Assembly (NCBI GenBank): GCA_002269645.1
Contig: NIVC01003813.1
Location: 1-64,000 of the forward strand
Source: Macrostomum lignano
Taxonomy: Eukaryota
Direction: 5' to 3'
DNA: 64,000 nt
Under the pieces are notes generated by a model, which worked only from the letters and a program-made list of their open reading frames with translations, ran no database searches and was not told the DNA's origin. A program made the position numbers and the translations under genes. Below are positions 53,488 to 64,000 of this stretch, piece by piece; position 1 is the stretch's first letter, and each line of letters begins with the position of its first letter.

Positions 53488-54173
53488 TTTATATTCACTT
53501 TCATTATACGATCATTTAAATAGTGACTTTATATGCAGATGATTGCAAGATAAAACCGAAAGAAAGAGCTTATAGATTTTGACTTACAATCACACCAATA
53601 GTAAAATTGTATTGGAGGGATTGTATGATGAAATGGTAGGAAATTGTTGCTATAATAGGCCCTAGACATTTCAACCAAACAATAAATTGCAGCCTCTAAT
53701 ATATCCGCGAACCAAAAGTCACCTAGCTCTTTTTACATGGCTCTTTTTGCACGGCCTTTTCAGGTGCTACTGCCACCCCATGCCCTTCCTCACTTTTGTC
53801 ATATGATCACCCCTTGGTATAACACATAGGTCCAATGAACTGGGAGGATCGTATGACAAAAGTGAGGGGGGGGATAGCACTTGTAAATCTTATAATGAAT
53901 ACAATTTCATTCTTGAACCCTGTAGATCATTAAGTTGATGGAGATCAATGTAGCAGTTTGTATCTGAAGCTGCCATGAACTGGTGCAACTTTGCCAGGGA
54001 TGTAATGTGTAAGTAATCCATTCACTTTTGTCATAGGGCCTACAATCCCTCTAATACAATTCTATCAATGTGGTGATTGTAATTCAAAACCTACAAGCTC
54101 TTTTGGTTTCATCTTGCGATCATCTACATATAACTTCACCATTTAAATAATCGTATGATGAAAGTGAATATAA
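53488..54173. mobile_element. Foldback-type non-autonomous element with ~150-bp imperfect inverted arms
   Basis: 53488-53640 matches the reverse complement of 54018-54173. Inner inverted pair CACTTTTGTCATATGATC / GATCGTATGACAAAAGTG at 53791-53864. Confidence 0.7.
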
Positions 54174-54262
54174 GCTTTGTGCTTTCATAACTAATGCTAC
54201 ACCCACAATCCTCAAGTTGACTGGCAGTGATGAATTAGGTTGACTGGAAAGTGAGTTGCAAT

Positions 54263-56607
54263 CATACATGCGCAACTTCTGAAATTACGCTGGCCGTGCG
54301 ACTTAGTTTTCGATCAAAAATGCGACTTACCTATGTAAGAAAGCTAAACAAAGAATTGTGGGTAAACGGCAGGAGTAACTTTGACCATATTTTAAGGGCT
54401 AAATGCCTCGCCAGCTAATTAGTGCAGATTTTGCGGTTTTTATTACAGCTAATCAGTATATCATAGTGGCGGCCTGAGGCAATTAGTAATGATGACAATG
54501 AGTAAAGACATGTAATGACAAAAGTCATGATTCATGAATGTCTAGAAGTAAGTGAAGTGAATACAGTGTGGCCTATAGCTCAAGAATAATTTCACTTGCT
54601 AGACGATTTAGCATGGAAGATGAGAGCCCTGATTCAGATGGCTCATCAGATGCAGAATACAAATCCAGTAGAGATACAAGCTGTGAAAACCCACAGATTT
54701 TGAAACCACTGAATTCCAATTCCCGGAACTATTTTGCATAGATTCTTAAAGTTGAAGTCATGCTCAAACAAAAACTTGTTAACAGTTAGGAAAAAGGCAA
54801 ACAAGGATGGGAATAAATGCATGTTAAATTAAGATTTGAGGCCTTTGCAAATTCTCTCCTTTCCTCAATCTTCTCATCCTCTTTTTCTTTTCTCTCTCAT
54901 CCCTCATCCCTTCTCTCTTTCCTCTCCTCTCTTTCTTCCTCTCTTATCTCTTCTGTCTCCTGTCTACATTCTTATCTCTCCTCTCGTCTCTCTCCACTTC
55001 ACTCTACTCTCTCATCTTATCTCTCCTCTCGTCTCTCTCCACTCAACTCTCTCATCTCATCTCTCCTCTCTTCTCTACTCTCTTATCTCTCCTCTCTTCA
55101 CTCTCCTCTTATCTCCTCCTTATCCTCTCTTCTCTCGTCTACTCTCTTATCTCCTTTCTTCTCTCCTCTTTCCTCTTTCCTCTCTTTTCTGATCTCATCC
55201 ATCATCATATCTTTCCTCTTTCCTCTCATCTCTCTCATCTCTCTCCTCCCTCAGCTTTTCTCTCATCTATCTTTTCTCCCATTGCATCGCTCGCCTCTCC
55301 TCTGTTTGCTTATCTCCAATCTTCTATTCCCTCTACTTTGAAGTAAGAAAATATGCACACATTTTTGCTGAAGATAAGAGGAGAGAAGAGGGCATTGAGG
55401 AGAAAGGGTAGAGAGAAAAGGGGAGAAAGGAGAGGGGAGAAGAGAGGAGAGTAAAAAGGAAAGGAGAGAGAAGAGGGAAAAGGGGGAGAGAGATAAGAGG
55501 GGAGGCAAGGTAGAGAAGAAGAGAGAGATGAGAGTTGAAGAGACACCAACCTTGCTAGTTAGAAAGTTTCAAAGAACCCGAGGGGCGAGGGCCAGATAGA
55601 GGGGCTTCGCGAGCTGGACTTTGCTGACCCCTGCTCCGGAGTTAAAGAAATCAATGGGAAACTGTTGACATAGGCTGCTGATTTCAAAGATCTTGTCTGT
55701 GGTTGAAGGCTTCTATTCTGTTTTTTTGCTCCCCTGCCACACTTGCACCTACTACCCTTGATCGCCTCTGATTGCGACTTACTTCCCTCTTATTGCGACT
55801 TAGTTGCTCCTTTTGCGACTTACCTAATCTTTTTGCGACTTACCTAATCCTTTTTGCGACTTACCTAACCCTTTTGCGACTTACCTAACCCTTTTGCGAC
55901 TTACCTAATCCTTTTTGCGACTTACCTAATCCTTTTTGCGACTTACCTAACCCTTTTGCGACTTACCTAACCCTTTTGCGACTTACCTAATCCTTTTTGC
56001 GACTTACCTAATCCTTTTTGCGACTTACCTAACCCTTTTGCGACTTACCTAACCCTTTTGCGACTTACCTAACCCTTTTGCGACTTACCTAATCCTTTTG
56101 CGACTTACCTAACCCTTTTGCGACTTACCTAATCCTTTTTGCGACTTATCTAATCCTTTTGCGACTTACCTAATCCTTTTTGCGACTTAGTTGCTCCTTT
56201 TGCGTCTTACCTAATCTTTTTGCGACTTACCTAATCCTTTTGCGACTTACCTAATCCTTTTTGTGACTTACCTAATCTTTTTGCGACTTGACCTAATCCT
56301 TTTTGCGACTTAGTTGCTCCTTTTGCGACTTACCTAATCCTTTTGCGACTTACCTAATCCTTTTTGCGACTTACCTAACCCTTTTGCGACTTACCTAATC
56401 CTTTTGCGACTTACCTAATCATTTGTGCAACTTAATTTGCTTCTGCTGCAACTTGTTTTTCTTTTGCTTCACCATTTTACTTCCCTATATTGCTCTTTCC
56501 TCTTGCATTTTTTCATTTTTGGTCAACTCAATTTTGCGACTTACCCTGGTCCACCACAATTTACGGTGGCCAGATCGGCCAGCTCGGCCAGCAGTTGCGC
56601 ATGTATG
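54263..56607 (+). mobile_element. MITE, CATACATG family, composite 2345-bp copy
   Basis: Perfect 14-bp TIRs CATACATGCGCAAC / GTTGCGCATGTATG and perfect 8-bp TSD GTTGCAAT (54255-54262, 56608-56615). Contains captured sequence, CT- and GA-rich tracts, a hAT-like end and a minisatellite. Confidence 0.85.
55770..56430. repeat. ~20-22-bp minisatellite (TTGCGACTTACCTAAYCCTTT)n inside the composite MITE
   Basis: Direct reading; about 30 copies. Confidence 0.96.
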
Positions 56608-57497
56608 GTTGCAATGATTTTGTTCTTGGAAAATAAATGTGAAATGTACTTTTTTTGACAAACTAGAGTGTCTTTTCGACTCTTTTTTAATGGGGATCGT
56701 AAGACGAAACTTGACCTGCTCAGGGATTGTAAAACGTAAGAATGCTGTAACTTTTCCAGTCTCAGACAAATAACGAGAACCTTTATTAGATATACATTTT
56801 CATTCAGTTTTTAACATATACGCCTATTAGTATTAAACAATCAAATGTTTAATAGCCTGCCTAATAGTAACTTTGGCTTTGTAGTACACTTTGGCTCAAG
56901 ATTTCTTTGGGACTAGACAAAACACAAAATAAAGTATGAACAGACGTCATAAGCGACATGGTCTAAGTAATATCTATTAATAGCCACTCTCCCTAGCCCC
57001 AGATGTATCAGAAATAAACTAACGAATAAACCGACCGAAAAGACAAAACAATCATGAGCACGGCATCAACAAACAACAAACAACGGCGTAATCACACTTA
57101 CAAACAAGTTATGTTTTTTCTAGTAAAGTGTTTAAGTTAAAAGTTATAAAATTAAAAAATTTATATTATAAAAGTATTCTATGAATTTTTTATACTTATA
57201 GTTAGTCATCATCCTAAGATTCTTTAAAATAATGCTCGAAAGAGCCGATGAAGTTAGAAAAATTTGTTAAGTATTACATGACAATTTTTATTTCGTTTTC
57301 AATTTGTTGCCTCCTTCTCACTCGTTATAAAGCAACGTTGTTAAGCGCTTCACTAGCTCACTTAGGGTTTAACGTATTAATTGTGAAGTATCGTTGCTCT
57401 ATTATTTGCACTAAATTCTAAACTAGATTGCTTTGGCCTACATTAAGTTGATAACTTACTACGCTTTTGAGTCATTAGTGCTGCCATATTTACTAAA

Positions 57498-60400
57498 ATG
57501 TTGGTTACCTGCAGAACTCTTGCTGGTCAGAAGTTCACAGTTGAAGCTAACAGCTCAGATACAGTAAGTTCTTTTTTATCAAACTTTTAAAATACAAATA
57601 CAAGTAAACAAAAAAGACAATGTCAATGATAAATCCTTTTTAAAAATATTCTTTTTACTTAAAGATATGCCATATTGACTACCTATTTAAGCCAGGGACT
57701 CCAATGAGATTTTGAAAGCAAAAAAAAATCAAAAAAGTAAAATAAAATATGATAGAGCTTGATTTTATGGGTTAAAAGACACTTCACTTTTAAAATTTAG
57801 CCTAGAATTAAAAAAGTTATGCAACTTTTTGTGTATATATTGTTATTAGTTTTGTAATGCAAATTTGCCATAAAGGCTTGTGACCTTTTTTTACAAAAAA
57901 ATGAAAAGAAACTCAATTTCCAGTTTCAACTAAAATCATGTATAGTTAGATAAATATAACTTTGCAATTATTCAACCAAGCAATTAATGTGATATATTGT
58001 TAGAAAGTATTTTTCCTATAGAATATTTCTTTCTATACCACTTATTTCTATTTTTAGTTATCTAGGTTTAGTAAAGCAATAAAGGTTATTTTAAGCTAGA
58101 AAAATACAATTTAAGCATTTTTTCATTCGGTCACATTTCTATTCATCTTATTAAAGTCTATATCTATATTGACTAAATAATACTTATTAGAATTTAATTA
58201 AATTACTAAAATTAGGCTGACTAAGGTTAATAATAATAGTTTTTCAAATGTTGCAAGTTTGTTTGCCACTCTTTTGGCAACAAAAATATAGTAGAGTCAT
58301 TTTAACTATCAGAAATATTAAATATATAATTAGTGCTATAAATAGGTTTAGACTTAAAAGATGATTATACCATAGTCAGGTAGGTGGCCTTTGCCATGGA
58401 AAATTCCAGCACACACAAAGGGTCCTTGGCGCACTTGGCGTACAATCATGGTGCACACTGAGTTCCCTGGCACATGCGGCACACAATCATGGTGCACAGT
58501 GAGGTCCCTAGCGCATGCGGCGCATAATTGCGATGCATGTGGCGCATAAGGTCCCTGACATATGTGGTGCTATGCACAACTTTGGTGCATAAGGAATCAG
58601 AATAGAATCTTTATTAGCATAATACTGGCATAGCATATCAAGTCTGCATGAATTTTAAGAATTTTGTAAATTTATTATAAAATATATAATTTATGTAATA
58701 TATAAATTATATAAATTATATAAAATATATAAATTAAAGGCACAGACAGTCCATATTGCCGAAGGTGTAGCATACGCCGGAAAATTCCGGCGTATAAAAG
58801 GATTAGCTGGCGTACAACTGGCGTACAAAAGGTCTAGCTGGCATATAACTGGCGTACAAAAAATCTAGCTGGCGTACAAATGGTATAACTGGCATACAAG
58901 CAGGAAATACAACTTTGCAAGCGTAATACTTGGCATTGCATACAAGGCATTGAAGTCCGAAAAAAACCATTTCGTAAAATACAATACAATAAACAATCCA
59001 TATGTGTTGCTGTTTATTTTAAAATTTGACAATAAATTGGTTAAATTTGATAATATATTGAAAAAATGTTTTACCATTAGTAGTTAAATTGTTTTGAATC
59101 AATAATTTGCTTACATTGTGTTTTACTATACCCGTCAATGCTATTTTTTTCAAATGAGATGGCCGAACTTTTTTATCTGTGCATTACAGCATTACTATTG
59201 TCTATATGCGAATATTGCGCTGCTTGTTCACACAATTTAATTATATTTTGCTTTTTCAAATTTCTTTGCTTTTGCTTTTACAATATTGCTGTGGCTGTGC
59301 CTGTAACACGTAATCATATCATTTAGTTTAGTTTAGTGCTTCGTTTATGGATGACATGCACAGTTTTAGAAGGCCTGTGGAATACTGGCGTACACATTAT
59401 TGGTACACCTTTACTAGCATATTTTACTGGCGTACACTTTATCAGCTAGCCAAATACTTTCCAGCGTACACAAAACACGATCCGCAATATGGCAGACAGT
59501 GCACAAATGGCGCATAGATGGCGCATAGACAATGCACAGATTGTCCCAAAAAAATTATTCTGGTGCACACTGTGCCACCTTCCTGACTATGGTGATGATA
59601 TAATGATAAAAAAATGAACCTAATTAATAATAGTGCAAATAACAATTAATATTCAAGTATTTTATTTATAATTATAACTATAAAAGTCAAGTGTTTCTAA
59701 AAATAATATAAAATAATTTCCCCATTTTTCTTAAACAAACAATAGTATTTTTATATTTTTAATAGCCAAACAATTTTTGTTATTTCAGAGTACTTATAGG
59801 CATGGCAGCCATGTCTATAATATTTGAGCTTATAGACACAGCTATTATCATCAATATAAAATGCATGTTCTGTAGGGCTCTCTTATAAGCAAATGGTGGC
59901 TTAGTAGATATGTCAATTGCCTTGTGATTGCATATAGAAAGGTTTGAATCCTAAGAGATATGTTTTTTTAATTTAATTTTTTAGTGAACAGAAGTTTTTC
60001 TATCTTGAGCTTTTTAAGTTTTGTTAATTAAAATAAAATAATAAATTAAGTTAAATTTTTTAATAAGAGTAATTCACTAAATCCTAAAGTGCGGCTGCAA
60101 TTATATATGTAGTTATATCTATAAGTATTCAAACTTACAGATTATCAAATGTAAGTATAAAATTGAATAACATTGATAGGCTTTAAGTTTGATTCCTGAT
60201 ATTTTTTCAAGTTTGAATTGGTGCCACAACATGGTGGGCTCTTATTGCTAATACTATTGTACTATTAGATTCTACTATACTATTATTAACACAATAACAT
60301 AGAGGCACCACAAAACAATTTTGCTATCCTATGGTGTCAATTTTAAAACTTTACTGAGTTTTTAGAGGCCAATTTAGTGTCACAAAAATAGGATGCAATA

Positions 60401-62929
60401 CTTAGGAATCAGGTGTAAAATCATGATCCCATGCATACATGCGCAACCTCCGAAATTCCGTCGGCCATGCGACTTAGTTTTAACAAAAATGCGACGTAGT
60501 TTTTGGCCAAAAATGCGACTTACATGTAAAAAAACCCTAAAGCAAAATTAAAGCAACTTTGGGTAAACAGCAGGAGTAACTATGACTGTCTTATTAAGCC
60601 AAAATGCCTCGTCAGCTACTTAGTACTACTACTTTGGTTTTTTTCGGGTGGGCATTTTTGCGACTTCCTTGGTTGGCCGCCAAATCGGTCGACCGACTCG
60701 GCCGACTGTTGCGCATGTATGATCCCATGGCTCTTTTATGTAGAAAAAACAAAATTACAGAGTTAAGCTACTCATAATAGTAAATAAATTAAGTGGTGAA
60801 AGTCTTCTGCAATTAATATTAAAGGTAAAGAATTTTTTCAACCCTTAACCAATCAGGTCAAAGCTCTCAAGGAACTGATTGCTAAGTCGCAGGGCGATGC
60901 ATTTCCAACTGAGTATCAACGCCTAATCTATTCTGGCAAAGTTATGTCCGACGATGACACGTTGGAAAAGTATGGCGTCACTGAGACGGGCTTTATTGTT
61001 GTCATGGCAACTAAGCCAAAGCCTGCGCCAGCCGCGGCTGAACCTGCTCCGGCTGCTGAGACGCCTGCTGCAGGAGCAGCTCCAGTTGGAGACTCTGCTG
61101 AAACAGGAGAGCCTACTGCTCCAGCTGCCGCTCCCAGTACTACTACTACTAGTGTAAGTTTGTCTTGTAGTTTTCTCTCATGTTAGCAGGCTTAATTCCT
61201 AGACAGATTTCTTGAGCTTCTCGTCCCCTTCAGTCGACCCACCCCTTCCTTCAGTTGATCCTCCCCTTTCTTTCAGTTGATCCTTCACTTCCTTCAGTGA
61301 TCCTCCCCTTCCTTCAGTTGATCCTCCCCTTCCTTCATTGATCCTCCCCTTCCTTCAGTTGATCCTCCCCTTCCTTCAGTTGATCCCTCACTTCCTTCAG
61401 TGATCCTCCCCTTCCTTCAGTTGATCCTCCCCTTTCTTTCAGTTGATCCCTCACTTCCTTCAGTGATCCTCCCCTTCCTTCAGTGATCCTCCCCTTCCTT
61501 CAGTGATCCTCCCCTTCCTTCAGTGATCCTCCCCTTCCTTCAGTGATCCTCCCCTTCCTTCATTGATCCTCCTCTTCTTTCAGTTGATCCTCCCCTTCCT
61601 TCAGTTGTTTCTTCCCTCCCCTTCTGTCTAAATTAATTTATATTGCTTCCAGTCGGACGTGAAACCACCCGAGCGTGAGAACACCCTTGTCCACGGCGAA
61701 GAATACGAGCAGGCCGTTGCCAACCTAGTCAACATGGGTTTCCCGCGCGAACGCGTTGTGGCCGCTATGGGAGCCAGCTATAATAATCCAGACCGAGCTG
61801 CCGAGTATCTTCTGTCTGGGAATATTCCCGCCGCTCCAGAAGGCGGCGGCGGCGGCGGCGGCGAAGCAGATGACGACGACGAGGAAGGGGGCAGCGAAGG
61901 CGGCAGCGGAGGAGGTAGCGGCGGCGGAGGCGGTGGTGGCGGCAGCAGCAGCTTTGTTGAGCAGCTTCGACAGTGGCCGCAATTCCAGATGCTAAGACGG
62001 GTAGTAGCCCAGGTGAGGCAATGATGGACGCTAATTAGTGTGGTTTATAGCCCAGGTGAGGCAATGATGGACGCTAATTAGTGTGGTTTATAGCCCAGGT
62101 GAGGCAATGATGGACGCTAATTAGTGTGGTTTATAGCCCAGGTGAGGCAATGATGGACGCTAATTAGTGTGGTTTATAGCTCAGGTGAGGCAATGATGGA
62201 CGCTAATTAGTGTGGTTTATAGCTCAGGTGAGGCAATGATGGACGCTAATTAGTGTGGTTTATAGCTCAGGTGAGGCAATGATGGACGCTAATTAGTGTG
62301 GTTTATAGCTCAGGTGAGGCAATGATGGACGCTAATTAGTGTGGTTTATAGCTCAGGTGAGGCAATGATGGACGCTAATTAGTGTGGTTTATAGCCCACG
62401 TGAAGCAATTACGGACGCAAATTAGTGTGGTTTATAGCCCACGTGAGGCAATGATAGACGCAAATTAGTGTTGTTTATAGCCCAGGTGAGGCAATGATGG
62501 ACGCTAATTGGACTGTAATATAGGCGATGCTCTAGTTCGCAAATTTGCATAAACTAGCACAACTGCACAATGCCTCAACAGGACCAATCGTTGCTTCCAA
62601 CCTTGCTTCAACAAATTGGTCAAAGCAATCCGCAGCTGCTGCAGGAGATCCAAGCTAATCAGGAGGAATTTTTGCGATTTTTGAACGAATCGCCGGACGA
62701 AAGCGAACCGGCCGTTGGCGGCCAACAGGGCGGAGGCGGCGGTGGAGGCCAGCAGCAGCCCAGACAGACTTTGCTGCGCGTCACACCTGAGGAGCGGGCG
62801 GCAATCGATCGGCTAAAAGACCTCGGCTTCCCCGAGCACATGGTTATCGAGGCGTACTTTGCCTGCGATAAAAACGAGGACGCGGCCGCGAATTTCTTGC
62901 TAAACGAGTGCTTCGAAGAGGAAAGCTAA
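57498..62929 (+). CDS. RAD23: UV excision repair / proteasome shuttle RAD23 (UbL-UBA1-XPCB/STI1-UBA2); exons 57498-57563, 60857-61153, 61653-62012, 62582-62929
   Basis: [10 protein letters not shown]|[18 protein letters not shown] (UbL); [30 protein letters not shown] (UBA1); [28 protein letters not shown] (XPC-binding); [36 protein letters not shown] (UBA2). All introns are phase 0, GT-AG. Confidence 0.96.
60434..60721 (+). mobile_element. MITE, CATACATG family (288 bp) in RAD23 intron 1
   Basis: Perfect 14-bp TIRs; perfect 8-bp TSD ATCCCATG (60426-60433, 60722-60729). Confidence 0.92.
61222..61606. repeat. 20-21-bp pyrimidine-rich minisatellite (TTGATCCTCCCCTTCCTTCAG)n in RAD23 intron 2
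   Basis: Direct reading; about 18 copies. Confidence 0.95.
62005..62510. repeat. 43-bp minisatellite spanning the RAD23 exon 3 / intron 3 junction, 12 donor copies
   Basis: GTGAGG/GTGAAG occurs at 62013 and every 43 nt to 62486. Confidence 0.97.
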
Positions 62930-64000
62930 ACTAGATGTTATTCATAGCATCGTTTGGGCTGAGCACACTTTGACGAATCAGCGAGAAACAAGCGAAAAAT
63001 GTTTAAAAAATAGTTGGTTTCATCCTAAATTTTTGTTTATTTATTCGTGCTTGTCTGTGCTAATATAATTGAGAATGCCTAACTCTCCTTATGTCTTAAT
63101 TAGAGCACCGCACCCGCCCGGAATTCTATCTAGAAATGGTAATGCCTCGCATTGAACAATAAATCGTTCTTTTAGTGTTTTTAGCTAAGAAAAATACCTT
63201 GGGGGCCAGCTTATTGACTCTGGCTGCCTAGCAGTTGTAAGTAGTATGCGCCGCAAATTAATACCAAAATAGAATGCAGGAAAATGTCAGTTATTCTGCT
63301 AATAGAAGTGCATGCGTTACTGATAAAATAATCGGCATATGAAAACATTATTCTACATTTATTCGGCTTTCCAAATATCCTCAGTTTATTAATGTAATTC
63401 GCTAATTAAATACCATCTTCCCTTCTAATGAGGATATTTAAATTAAGTAGCAAAATCTAACCAGTGTATTAAACTTATCCGGTCAATGTACATGATTTGT
63501 TACTTGTTCAAGTAGTAATATAAGTAGCATCTTGTATATTGCGCTTGTTTAAGTATATAAATTTGCCTGCTCCTCTTAAAGCTAACCAAGCGTATAGTCG
63601 TGTAGCAACCGTTTTTTTGCCGTGAATTGGCTCTGGAAAAATTTCCAGGATTAGTTATTACCCTGTCTCACTTCGTCATGCGTCTGTCATACTCTTAATT
63701 ATTGCCCTCTTATTTGATTGTTGATCTCGCTTCCTGGGACAGTTACACAATAGCTAAGCTGGGTGCACTGAATTGATGTTCGTCTTTGTACCTTCTACTA
63801 TTTATATAATAGTTATTGTCCTGGATCCATAATCCATAATCCATGGTTCCCTAATCCATTCTTCTGTTTTTCCTTATTATCTTTTTTGTCTTGGGCTTAG
63901 AGAAAACAATTTGTTTGCTATTAAGCTTTGATCACAATTGCAGTAGTTTTTGTCTTATGTTTATTTATGTTCTTTGTTTAGTCGAGTAAGTTAATCTTTT

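Noticed and set aside
50104-55549. Hydrophobic F/L/S-rich ORFs (50104-50575, 54817-55549) resembling membrane proteins
   Set aside because: They are translations of CT/GA low-complexity tracts.

Overview
Eukaryotic (animal) genomic DNA, not prokaryotic. GC-rich exons are split by GT-AG introns, intergenic DNA is AT-rich, and tandem repeats are very abundant. The overall style suggests an invertebrate, possibly a Macrostomum-like flatworm; this is inference only. Genes reconstructed by hand: an orphan first exon (-, 4.5-5.0 kb), RAB14 (-, 3 exons), a small single-pass membrane ORF or terminal exon (+, 16.7-17.0 kb), two intronless tandem GT32 (DXD, SUR1/MIPC-synthase-like) glycosyltransferases (+; the second has one in-frame TAA), PIGC (-, 3 exons), GTDC1/QTMAN (-, 2 exons, one frameshift), a MAP1LC3C-like ATG8 gene with long N- and C-terminal extensions (-, 2 exons) and RAD23 (+, 4 exons). 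Mobile DNA: a decayed Ty3/Gypsy element with its 3' LTR, a MITE family with CATACATGCGCAAC TIRs and 8-bp TSDs (about 6 copies), hAT-type MITEs, a long-TIR MITE, a decayed DD37D-like Tc1/mariner, a foldback element and a tRNA-headed SINE. About 25 unrelated mini/microsatellite arrays explain most long ORFs in the track, and nearly every intron holds its own private array. The most notable signal is in RAD23. Intron 3 is a stack of 43-nt units that each read as a complete GT..branchpoint..AG mini-intron (candidate recursive-splicing array). Intron 2 is a stack of ~21-nt 3'-splice-site-like modules.
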